Assembly (NCBI GenBank): GCA_027064085.1
Contig: JAMOQH010000172.1
Span: forward strand, 5,088 to 69,087
DNA from: a bacterium
GTDB lineage: Bacteria; UBP6; JAFGXH01
DNA: 64,000 nucleotides
Direction of reading: 5' to 3'
Shown here: positions 47,223-55,687 of the stretch, piece by piece
Numbering within the stretch: position 1 is the first letter of the stretch
Layout of the letters: each line of letters starts with the position of its first letter
Notes under the pieces: model-generated
The model's input: the letters and a program-made list of their open reading frames with translations, nothing else
Told to the model about the DNA's origin: nothing
Database searches by the model: none
Translations under genes and position numbers: made by a program

Positions 47223-47573
47223 ATGTTTATTGTTATTCCAACAAATGATAGAATTAATATAGAGCAAAAAAGTGGTAGAGCAAAGGAATTTGCTATTTTT
47301 GATTTGAATAATTTAAATAATGTTATTTTTAAAGAAAATTCTCATAAACATCATGATCATACAGATGGGCATCATGAGCATAGTCATAAAACTATAATTG
47401 ATATGTTTAGAGAAAATAATGTTGAAATCTTAATTGTTGATGTTGTTGGTAAACATTTTAAAAAAGATTTACTTGAGGCTAATATTAAGATATATAAAAC
47501 AAAGTTAAAAAACTTAATAGAAATTGCTTCTAGTTTTAAGAATGATATAAATGATTTTGAAGTTTTAGGATAG
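47223..47573 (+). CDS. NifX/NifB-C-terminal-like (dinitrogenase FeMo-cofactor-binding family fold) protein with a His-rich insert
   Basis: 116 aa. The N-terminus MFIVIPTNDRINIEQKSGRAKEFAIFD and the later …VEILIVDVVGKHFKKDLLEANIKIY… match the family layout. The HKHHDHTDGHHEHSHK insert suggests metal binding. Confidence 0.45.
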   Translation: MFIVIPTNDRINIEQKSGRAKEFAIFDLNNLNNVIFKENSHKHHDHTDGHHEHSHKTIIDMFRENNVEILIVDVVGKHFKKDLLEANIKIYKTKLKNLIEIASSFKNDINDFEVLG

Positions 47574-47575
47574 TT

Positions 47576-48190
47576 ATGAACATTTTATTAACTATAGTTG
47601 GTATTTTTTCTTTTTTATTGATTATCTCCTGTGGTGATAGTTCAAAAACTGAATCTAAAAAAGAGTGTAACCCTAAATGTAATACATGGCAAATTTGTGA
47701 TAGTAGTCAAAAATGTATTCTTTTAGCGGGAAGGTGTTCTGATGACTTAGATTGCAAAGATAATACGGAGAATAAAACTATTTGTGATTTAAGTAAACAT
47801 GAATGCATAGAAAAAGTTTTGACATGTAATGAAAATAAAAAAGCATCTGATTTTAAATTAGCTAAAGATGAATGTGGTGAATTAACCAAATGCGATGATA
47901 GTTATGATTGTGCTGATAATCAAAGATGTGAAAATTTATTTATAGAAGGTGATACAAATAATTACACTCAACCATGTTGTATTGAAGGTTTAAGAGGCTG
48001 TAAAAAAGTTGGTGAGCCTTGTGAAAATGAATTTGATTGTGAAAGTGGTTTATGTATAGCTCGAGGAGATGATGAACAACACTATTGTTCTAAAAAATGT
48101 GAGCCAGAAGATAATGATTGTCCTAATCCTATTACTGAGTGTGCTGATTTATGGGTCTTAAATGCTTGTGTTGTGCCTAAATCCAAATAA
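47576..48190 (+). CDS. Cys-rich secreted lipoprotein (C-x3-C-x2-W-Q-x-C module family)
   Basis: Lipobox (LLIISC) and 26 Cys in 204 aa. The N-terminal module CNPKCNTWQICDSSQKC…GRCSDDLDCKD is homologous to the N-terminus of the 31904..34342 protein. It starts 3 nt after the NifX-like gene. Confidence 0.6.
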   Translation: MNILLTIVGIFSFLLIISCGDSSKTESKKECNPKCNTWQICDSSQKCILLAGRCSDDLDCKDNTENKTICDLSKHECIEKVLTCNENKKASDFKLAKDECGELTKCDDSYDCADNQRCENLFIEGDTNNYTQPCCIEGLRGCKKVGEPCENEFDCESGLCIARGDDEQHYCSKKCEPEDNDCPNPITECADLWVLNACVVPKSK

Positions 48191-48243
48191 TGTTAAATTA
48201 ATAAAATTTATTATATCCAATTTGAAAATTTCTAGGAGTTAAA

Positions 48244-50115
48244 ATGTTACCTTTATATAAAGAATACGATGTAATTGTTGTTGGTGCAGGTCATGCAGGA
48301 GTTGAAGCTGCTCTTATTTCTGCTAAAATGGGAGTAAAAACACTACTTCTAACAATAAATTTAGATACTATCGCTTTAATGCCATGTAATCCTGCTATCG
48401 GCGGGATAGGAAAAGGACAATTAGTGAAAGAAATTGATGCTCTCGGTGGAGAAATGGCAAAGGCTATAGATAAAACGGGTATTCAATTTAGAATTCTTAA
48501 TGAAAAAAAAGGTCCTGCAGTGAGGTCTTCAAGAGCTCAAGCTGATAAGCAGTTATATAGATTATACATGAAGTCTATTGTTGAAAACCAAGAAAATTTA
48601 GATGTCAAACAAGATAGAGTTAGTGATATAATAATAGAAAATACTAAAATAAAAGGAATTAAAACCTCTTTGGGTATCACTTTTAAAGCTAAGACAGTTA
48701 TATTAACAACAGGGACATTTTTAAAAGGTTTGATTCATATTGGACGAAATAACTTTTCGGGAGGAAGAACGGGGGAATTACCTGCAAATAAACTTTCTGA
48801 TTCTTTAAGTTTTTATGGATTAGACATAGGAAGATTAAAAACAGGGACAACTCCTCGTTTAGATGCTAGAACTATAGATTTTTCAAAGCTGCAAGAACAA
48901 AAGGGAGATATTAATCCTCAACCATTTTCATTTTATACAAAAAGTGTTAATCAAAAACAAATTTCTTGTTTTATAACTTATACTAATCCTTTAACTCATG
49001 AATTAATTAGTAATGATTTAGATAATTCACCACTTTTTGCAGGAATAATAAAAGGAGTTGGCCCTAGATATTGCCCTTCTATTGAAGATAAAGTAGTTAG
49101 ATTTCCAGAAAAGGAAAAACATCAGGTGTTTTTAGAGCCTGAAGGTTATAATACAAGAGAAATTTATCCAAATGGGCTTTCTACATCTTTACCCTATGAA
49201 ACTCAAATAAAATACTTAAGATCTGTTTCTGGGCTTGAGAAAGTAGAAATAATGAGGCCTGGTTATGCCATAGAATATGATTATGTTGATCCTCGTCAAT
49301 TAAAACATAATTTTGAAACAAAAACTGTTTCAGGGTTGTTTTTAGCTGGACAAATAAATGGAACTAGTGGTTATGAAGAAGCAGGGGCTCAAGGTATTAT
49401 GGCGGGCATTAACGCAGCCTTAAAAGTAAAGGGGGAAGATTCTTTTATTTTAGGAAGAGAAGAAGCATATATTGGTGTTATGATAGATGACTTAGTAACA
49501 AAAGGTTTAGATGAACCATATAGAATGTTTACTTCAAGGGCTGAGCATAGGCTTTTACTAAGAGAAGATAATACTATATTTAGATTATATAAACATAGTT
49601 ATAGATTAGGTTTAATGACTAAAGAAACTTATGAGTATGTAACATCTTTAGAAGAAAATATTAAAAACATTGAAAATACCCTCAAATCTGAAAAGATTAA
49701 TCCAACTAAAGAAAATATTACATATTTTAAAGATAATAACTTTGGAGATTTAGGAACAGTTACCTTTTTAGATAGATTCTTAAGGAGGGGGAATATAAAG
49801 TTTGATGATATAGCTAAGTTTTCTTCTATAAATGTTGATGATATTAGCGATTTAGTTAAAAAACAAGTTGAAATCGATGTTAAATATGAGGGGTATATTA
49901 AAAGAGAATTAGAGGAAATTGCAAGAAATAAGAAAGTTGAAAATATTAAAATTCCAGAATCTTTAGATATTAAAAGTTTAAATTCATTAACTACAGAAGT
50001 AAAAGAGAAGTTATTAAATAGAAAACCTCAGACAATTGGTCAGGCTATGAGATTACCAGGAATAACACCTGCAGCTATATCTGTTTTACTGATTGCAATA
50101 AAAAGAATTTCATAA
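48244..50115 (+). CDS. mnmG: tRNA uridine 5-carboxymethylaminomethyl modification enzyme MnmG (GidA)
   Basis: FAD motif DVIVVGAGHAGVEAA. Conserved core (…GPRYCPSIEDKVVRF…AGQINGTSGYEEAGAQG…) and a C-terminal helical domain. Confidence 0.9.
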   Translation: MLPLYKEYDVIVVGAGHAGVEAALISAKMGVKTLLLTINLDTIALMPCNPAIGGIGKGQLVKEIDALGGEMAKAIDKTGIQFRILNEKKGPAVRSSRAQADKQLYRLYMKSIVENQENLDVKQDRVSDIIIENTKIKGIKTSLGITFKAKTVILTTGTFLKGLIHIGRNNFSGGRTGELPANKLSDSLSFYGLDIGRLKTGTTPRLDARTIDFSKLQEQKGDINPQPFSFYTKSVNQKQISCFITYTNPLTHELISNDLDNSPLFAGIIKGVGPRYCPSIEDKVVRFPEKEKHQVFLEPEGYNTREIYPNGLSTSLPYETQIKYLRSVSGLEKVEIMRPGYAIEYDYVDPRQLKHNFETKTVSGLFLAGQINGTSGYEEAGAQGIMAGINAALKVKGEDSFILGREEAYIGVMIDDLVTKGLDEPYRMFTSRAEHRLLLREDNTIFRLYKHSYRLGLMTKETYEYVTSLEENIKNIENTLKSEKINPTKENITYFKDNNFGDLGTVTFLDRFLRRGNIKFDDIAKFSSINVDDISDLVKKQVEIDVKYEGYIKRELEEIARNKKVENIKIPESLDIKSLNSLTTEVKEKLLNRKPQTIGQAMRLPGITPAAISVLLIAIKRIS

Positions 50116-50181
50116 TTAGATAAACTATTTCACAATAACTATTAAATATTAATTAAATTATACAAAATGCTTATGTATAAA

Positions 50182-50197
50182 GGAAAAAATATTGCTT
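50182..50197 (+). promoter_or_regulatory. Candidate sigma54 (-24/-12) element upstream of the pilin gene
   Basis: aGGaaaaaatatTGCtt gives GG-N10-GC spacing with a good -12 TTGCT but a weak -24. It lies about 32 nt upstream of the pilin ATG. A PilR-type sigma54 activator is encoded in this window. Confidence 0.3.
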
Positions 50198-50228
50198 GAT
50201 ATATTAGTGAGTTTTATTTGAGGGGATT

Positions 50229-50651
50229 ATGAAAAATACAAAAAAAGGATTTACATTAATTGAGATTATGATTGCTACTGCAATAATTGGGATACTCGCA
50301 GCAATAGCCGTTCCTGTTTATACGGGCTATACTGTTAAAGCTAAAATGTCTAAACTACAAGTACCCATGGAAGCAGTAAGTGGTTATTTAGATAGTTTAA
50401 TTGCAGAAGGTAAAAATATAAAAACTGATGTTACTAAAATACCTGCAACAATTAGTAAACCATTTTCTGGAACAGGTTTAACTATTAAGGATGACTCTAA
50501 TAAATACACTGTTGCTATCACTATGAACACAAAAAATACCTATACTATAGTTGGAACTATTTCTGATTATACAGGCTCATTAACATTAAAATGGGATGGA
50601 ACAAATTTAACTAAAACAAAATCAGGTGATAAGTTTAGTTGGGTTAAGTAG
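50229..50651 (+). CDS. pilA: Type IV pilin (class III signal peptide, major pilin candidate)
   Basis: MKNTKKG|FTLIEIMIATAIIGILAAIAVPVY is a canonical prepilin peptidase site with an N-methyl-Phe helix. 140 aa. GAGGGGA RBS. Confidence 0.8.
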   Translation: MKNTKKGFTLIEIMIATAIIGILAAIAVPVYTGYTVKAKMSKLQVPMEAVSGYLDSLIAEGKNIKTDVTKIPATISKPFSGTGLTIKDDSNKYTVAITMNTKNTYTIVGTISDYTGSLTLKWDGTNLTKTKSGDKFSWVK

Positions 50652-50654
50652 CTT

Positions 50655-52148
50655 TTAATATATAAAGTCTTCTGTTAAATTATTATTTTTTATTTTAATT
50701 AGTCCTAATTCATTCATATAATTTAAATAGGTCATTAAATCACTTTTAATATTTTTTGCTCTGACATGTTTAAAGTTTGCTCTTTTAATAAAAAATTCAA
50801 CTGCATCAATTGATTTATTAAATTCTCTATAAGAATAGCCTGCAACTTTTCTTGGATTTTTATTTGTATAGTCTATAGCTTTTTCAAGCTCTTCTAGAAA
50901 AACTTTTACATGTTCTGGATAATTTTTTACAATTTCGCTTTTAAATATAATTCCTGCATTTGGTAATTCTTTTAAATCATTATGATATTTTTTCCAAATA
51001 GAGCCGTAATCAAAAAGTTCTTTTACATTTGGGTTTCCAAATAAAGAAAATGATGCTTCAGGTTCTCTTAATAAAGCTGTTTCAATTTCTTCATGAATAA
51101 GAGCTTTTGATATGTCTTCAGGTCTACCAAAACCTTTTTTATCTTTAATGCCATACTCATAATTGAAATCTTCAGGGTTAATTCCAGACTTTTGCATTAA
51201 ATATGAAGTTATTGCATAAGGAGGAGCCGCTTTTAGTAAAGGTAAATTTATATTTGTTCCCTTTAAACCTTCAAAAGAATCTACATTATATTTATTTGAT
51301 AAAACTTTAAAATTATCCCAAACATCAACTGATACTAATTTTAAATCTGTTCCTGTTGCAAATAATTTAGAAGAAGCAATAATTGCAGAAAATGAAATAT
51401 CAGCCTTACCACTAACCATCCAACCTAAATGCTTTTCTGTTTCGTCCCATACTTTTATCTCTGTAAAATTAAAATATTCAGCAAGTTTTTTAGAGCGTTT
51501 CATTAATGAAAATATAGGTATTGCAATAGGTGTAGCTGCTTGTAATACAACATCTAGCCTTTTAACTGTACTGTTGGCATAAGGATTATCATCATGTTCA
51601 CATTTTTCAACTTGATTAAGTTTTACTTCAAGAATTTTAGATCTATGAAAAAAGACATGATATTCATCATCTTTCTCTTTTATAGTATAATATTCAAAGC
51701 CTCTTGCTTCAATAATAGGTAAGAGTGGTCTTGGCTCAAATGTTTGTATCAATTCAAAGCCATCTCCTTCTTTCAAAGTATCTGCTTTAGCCATAATTTC
51801 GTCAAATGGATCTTCTAAACTTTTTCTTACATCAAGTATTTCAAAGCTTTTACCAAGCATCCATTCTGGTAATTCTTTTGGTTTTTCCTCATTAACTTCT
51901 TCTGTTAAATTATCTAATTCAGATTTATATTCTCCTTCTCCAACTGTTGTATTTATAAATTGTAGTAGTTCATTAATATCTTCTTTAGCAACACGAGCGA
52001 CATCTTTGATTTTTGCCCATTTAGATACGACTTTAAATAAAACAGGGTTATTTAATCTTTTAAACCTTGAGTTTCTTTCAACAAGTTTCTCTCTTAGTTC
52101 TGGATATTTTTCTAAAAGACTTGCTATTTTATCATTTTTACTAATCAT
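50655..52148 (-). CDS. Cytoplasmic protein with a DUF1858-like N-terminal domain and a periplasmic-binding-protein-like C-terminal region (function unknown)
   Basis: ATG at 52148 preceded by GGAGG (the track TTG extension is rejected). The N-terminus IASLLEKYPELREKLVERNSRFKRLNNPVLFKVVSKWAKIKDVARVAKEDINELLQFIN resembles DUF1858 but lacks Cys. The C-terminal half has an alpha/beta SsuA/NMT1-like look (low confidence). Confidence 0.4.
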   Translation of the reverse strand: MISKNDKIASLLEKYPELREKLVERNSRFKRLNNPVLFKVVSKWAKIKDVARVAKEDINELLQFINTTVGEGEYKSELDNLTEEVNEEKPKELPEWMLGKSFEILDVRKSLEDPFDEIMAKADTLKEGDGFELIQTFEPRPLLPIIEARGFEYYTIKEKDDEYHVFFHRSKILEVKLNQVEKCEHDDNPYANSTVKRLDVVLQAATPIAIPIFSLMKRSKKLAEYFNFTEIKVWDETEKHLGWMVSGKADISFSAIIASSKLFATGTDLKLVSVDVWDNFKVLSNKYNVDSFEGLKGTNINLPLLKAAPPYAITSYLMQKSGINPEDFNYEYGIKDKKGFGRPEDISKALIHEEIETALLREPEASFSLFGNPNVKELFDYGSIWKKYHNDLKELPNAGIIFKSEIVKNYPEHVKVFLEELEKAIDYTNKNPRKVAGYSYREFNKSIDAVEFFIKRANFKHVRAKNIKSDLMTYLNYMNELGLIKIKNNNLTEDFIY

Positions 52149-52323
52149 TCTTCCTCCAAATAATAAATTCAATGAATAATGAAATCCATTTTCAATATTA
52201 TTATAGTTACTAAAAGTTAAATGTCAAGTAAATTTGTAGGGATTCCTTATTTTAACAGATTTCTTGACCTTTTAGTAAAAATAAATTAAACTTATAATAA
52301 CAGCGTTATCTTTGGAGGATATC

Positions 52324-53304
52324 ATGGGCGAAAGAAAAGTGTTAAGTTTAAGAAATCATAGCAAAAAACCAAGTGATGAAGCTACTCGTAAAAAAGAAAG
52401 ACTCTCTAACTTAAGATTATTTGCTTCTGCCTATGCCGAGGGATACTATATTATTCAAAATTTATTAGATCATATAATTGACTTTGGAGAAACAAGTTTA
52501 ATGGGACAAAAATATCTTCCCTCAAGAATGAAGGAATATAAAGGACAAAAGAAACTAGCTTTTTTGTATCATGGATACTTCCAAGGTACAGTTGGATATG
52601 AAAGACTAGAGAGAATCTTAGAGTCTGAATTATTTAATATTTTTGCAATCTCAGGTACTTATCAGCCATATAGTCAGGATATTAGAAAATCTGCAGAATA
52701 TGAAATGAGAGTTCTAGAATGGGTTTTGAATAATACTGATGTAGAGGAGGTCTATCTAATAGGGCATTCACAAGGAGGTCTTGTGGTTAGATATATGATT
52801 CAATTTTTAGGTGCAGATAAATATATTGATAAAGCTATATTTTTATCTACTCCTCATAGAGGTACAAGGTTAGCTTATGGTAGCAATATAAATAAATTTC
52901 CAATGAAAATTTTGAGTAGGATTTTACCGAATTTTCCGTCAATCGAGGGAGAAAGTGCAAAACAAATGAGGCCTAATAGTCAGTTTATAAGAAGATTGAA
53001 CTCTAAAAATTTACCGAAAGGTGTTGATTATACTTCAATTTATACATATATTGACCCCGTTGTTTGGCCTTCATCAAGTGCAAGGCTTCCATATAGAGAA
53101 GCAAATAATATTTTACTTAGAAAGATAGGGCATATGCAAACTTTATACGATTTTCAAGCAATTGAGTTAATATTAAAAACTGTTTTACTTGGTCAGCCGT
53201 TTAGTGATGCTTATAAAAAGGGTGCTCATAAATCTGGTGAATTATTTGAGAAAAGACATATTAATAGAGGTGGTTCAGAAATTAATGAATTTGTAACTTA
53301 CTAG
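52324..53304 (+). CDS. Alpha/beta-hydrolase, lipase/esterase-like (GHSQGG nucleophile elbow)
   Basis: ATG at 52324 after GGAGG. Nucleophile motif VYLIGHSQGGLVVRY. Size and layout resemble LipA/PGAP1-like lipases. Confidence 0.6.
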   Translation: MGERKVLSLRNHSKKPSDEATRKKERLSNLRLFASAYAEGYYIIQNLLDHIIDFGETSLMGQKYLPSRMKEYKGQKKLAFLYHGYFQGTVGYERLERILESELFNIFAISGTYQPYSQDIRKSAEYEMRVLEWVLNNTDVEEVYLIGHSQGGLVVRYMIQFLGADKYIDKAIFLSTPHRGTRLAYGSNINKFPMKILSRILPNFPSIEGESAKQMRPNSQFIRRLNSKNLPKGVDYTSIYTYIDPVVWPSSSARLPYREANNILLRKIGHMQTLYDFQAIELILKTVLLGQPFSDAYKKGAHKSGELFEKRHINRGGSEINEFVTY

Positions 53305-53326
53305 TGATAAATAGAAGAGGTTAAAT

Positions 53327-55609
53327 ATGAAAGAATTATTGGTTTTATTGGTTTTGCTTTGCTCAGTTTCTTTATTAGCAAAGGAAAAGACTGTTTTACT
53401 ATATGAATTAAATGATAGTAAAATTTCTAAATATGGGGATAAGATATTGACTCCATATACTTATGGGGTTAAACAAAAAAATACAGAAATTAAAAATTAT
53501 ATCGAAATATTTAAATTTTTAGCATTAAAAAAAGATAATCTTTATGGAAATACTGAAGTTGTTGATACTCCAGATACTCAAAAAAAATTATTAACAGATG
53601 GGGTAATTACTATAAAATTAAGTAAAAGAGCTATCAAGAATTTTTTAGAAGTCTCTTCCGAAGTTACATATTCTCTAACAGAGAATGGAGTAAAGGGGGT
53701 ACTATTTTTAAATGCCCCAATAAAGAAAGAGAAAGTATTTAAAAGATCAGATATTCCTTTCACATCATTTGTGCTTTTAATACCATATTTTAATGTATTG
53801 CCTCCAAATAATTTAACAACAGGTTTTATTAAACTTAACAATGGTAAAATATTACAAGCAGAAGATTTTTATAAAAAAATAAAAAAAGGTGATAAAAAAA
53901 TTAATAGAATGATTGTTGAACTAATAAAAAATGGGGAAAAAAAATTAAAAATAAATGCAATGAAAGCATTACCATACACTAAAATAAGAAATATTGAAAA
54001 GTTGCTTATTCCAAATTTAGATGATAAAGATAATGAAATTGTTCTTGCTGCTCTAGATGGATTAATTGGAGGCAAGAGTATAAAATTATTAAAGAAACTA
54101 GATGAATTATTAAAAAATAATGAAGATGATTTAATTAAGCTTAATTCTGCTAAAACTTTGATTGCATCAGGAAATAAAAAGTTTATTATATCTGGTTTGA
54201 AGTATTTTTTAAACTCTAATGATATTAGTGCTAAAAAAAATGCAATAAAATCAATATCAAAATATAAAAATAGTGAAGAAATTTTATTAATGATGTTAGA
54301 TGATAAAAGTACAACTATTAAATTAACTGTTTTAGAGTATTTAAAAACAGCCAAAATAAAACAATCTTTTGAAAAGTTTAAAACATTACTAAGCGATAAG
54401 TCTTCTAAAGTAAGGCTTCTTGCATCTAATATATTATTGACCAATAAGGATTACAAAAAGTTTGGTTTATATTATCAGCTTGAATCAAATTATGCTAAAC
54501 TTTCTCTACGAGCAGCGTTTGAACTTAAAAAATATAAAAATAAAGAAACCGTGAATAACTTAATTACATGTATTGACAAATGTGAATCTGATAAAGCTGC
54601 TTATGAAGCAGCAAAAACTTTGCTTAGCTTTAAAGAAAAAGCTGCTATAGTTCCATTTTTTAAAAGATTGGAAGAAACTCCTAATAAAGAAGCTAATCAG
54701 ATGATAGCTCCATTTTTAAAATTATTATCTAAAAAAGAATTATTGTTAAAGTTAAAAGAAAATAAAGTTAAAGTATTAAGTAAAGAAATTATTAAAAACC
54801 TTGGAATTACCAATAAAGCAACAAAAGATAATAAAGTTGTTAATGTTATCGCACCTTTTCTTGATTCAAAAGATAAAAACATAAAAATTGAAACAGTTAA
54901 AGCTCTTTCTCTTATTTCAGGAGATAAAGCTCTTGAGTTTGTGTTAAAAATATCTAAGGATGAATCAGAAGAAGTTAGAAATCAGATTTTATTAATGGCA
55001 AGCAATTATAAAAAAGAACAGATTAAATCCTTACTTTTAGAATATTTAAATGATACAAGTGATGATATTCGTATTAAAGCAATGGATTTAATTATTAAAT
55101 TTAACATAGAGGATGCTGTGCCACTATTAAAACAGTATACCTCTTCATCAATAAAAAAAGTTAAATTAAAAGCACTAGAAACTTTAATTTCTATTAGTAA
55201 TAAAATAAGTGGGGAAATGGAAGAACAATTTCAAACCTTATTAGATCAGGATGATGATGAAATTAGAGTCTGGGCAATTTATGGATTAGCTAAAACAGCT
55301 AAAAAACCTAATTTACCATTTATCACGCCTTATGGAAGTAGTGACTTGGCAAAAGTAAGGAGAGCTGTTATGTATGCCGTTGGAGTATTAGATGATGAAA
55401 ATAATAGTAAAATAGATATGGTTTATGGCGGGCTTGAAGATGATGATTTAAGTGTGAGATTAGAGGCTGCAAAAGCTCTTGAAAAAATTGGTCAAAAATC
55501 AGATTCTGAAAAAATAAAAAATATTATTCCTAAAATTAAAGGTAAAAAAGTTCAAGAAATTCTTCAAAGAGCTATTAATACCATAAAAAATAGAACATCA
55601 GAAGATTAA
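53327..55609 (+). CDS. Secreted HEAT/PBS-lyase-type repeat protein
   Basis: Signal peptide (LLVLLVLLCSVSLLA). Many approximately 30-aa HEAT-like units (…DDIRIKAMDLIIKF…, …DEIRVWAIYGLAKT…, …LSVRLEAAKALEKIG…). 760 aa. Confidence 0.55.
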   Translation: MKELLVLLVLLCSVSLLAKEKTVLLYELNDSKISKYGDKILTPYTYGVKQKNTEIKNYIEIFKFLALKKDNLYGNTEVVDTPDTQKKLLTDGVITIKLSKRAIKNFLEVSSEVTYSLTENGVKGVLFLNAPIKKEKVFKRSDIPFTSFVLLIPYFNVLPPNNLTTGFIKLNNGKILQAEDFYKKIKKGDKKINRMIVELIKNGEKKLKINAMKALPYTKIRNIEKLLIPNLDDKDNEIVLAALDGLIGGKSIKLLKKLDELLKNNEDDLIKLNSAKTLIASGNKKFIISGLKYFLNSNDISAKKNAIKSISKYKNSEEILLMMLDDKSTTIKLTVLEYLKTAKIKQSFEKFKTLLSDKSSKVRLLASNILLTNKDYKKFGLYYQLESNYAKLSLRAAFELKKYKNKETVNNLITCIDKCESDKAAYEAAKTLLSFKEKAAIVPFFKRLEETPNKEANQMIAPFLKLLSKKELLLKLKENKVKVLSKEIIKNLGITNKATKDNKVVNVIAPFLDSKDKNIKIETVKALSLISGDKALEFVLKISKDESEEVRNQILLMASNYKKEQIKSLLLEYLNDTSDDIRIKAMDLIIKFNIEDAVPLLKQYTSSSIKKVKLKALETLISISNKISGEMEEQFQTLLDQDDDEIRVWAIYGLAKTAKKPNLPFITPYGSSDLAKVRRAVMYAVGVLDDENNSKIDMVYGGLEDDDLSVRLEAAKALEKIGQKSDSEKIKNIIPKIKGKKVQEILQRAINTIKNRTSED

Positions 55610-55687
55610 TTTTAAAAATAAAATAAGATAAACTTGAATTTTTTTAATAAACAACTTATAATAGTAAGATATTTTTGTGGGGACTAT

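Noticed and set aside
53869-54444. 191-aa minus-strand ORF inside the HEAT-repeat gene, plus similar antisense ORFs at 6475-6657, 6987-7193, 7574-7765, 8318-8503, 8730-9059, 9743-10012, 14854-15069, 16385-16723, 17437-17742, 23625-23882, 38997-39335, 40698-41024, 43197-43505 and others
   Set aside because: All lie antisense to strong, domain-bearing genes. They are low-complexity (I/L/F/S/K-rich), as expected from AT-rich antisense frames, and lack RBSs. I treat them as spurious.
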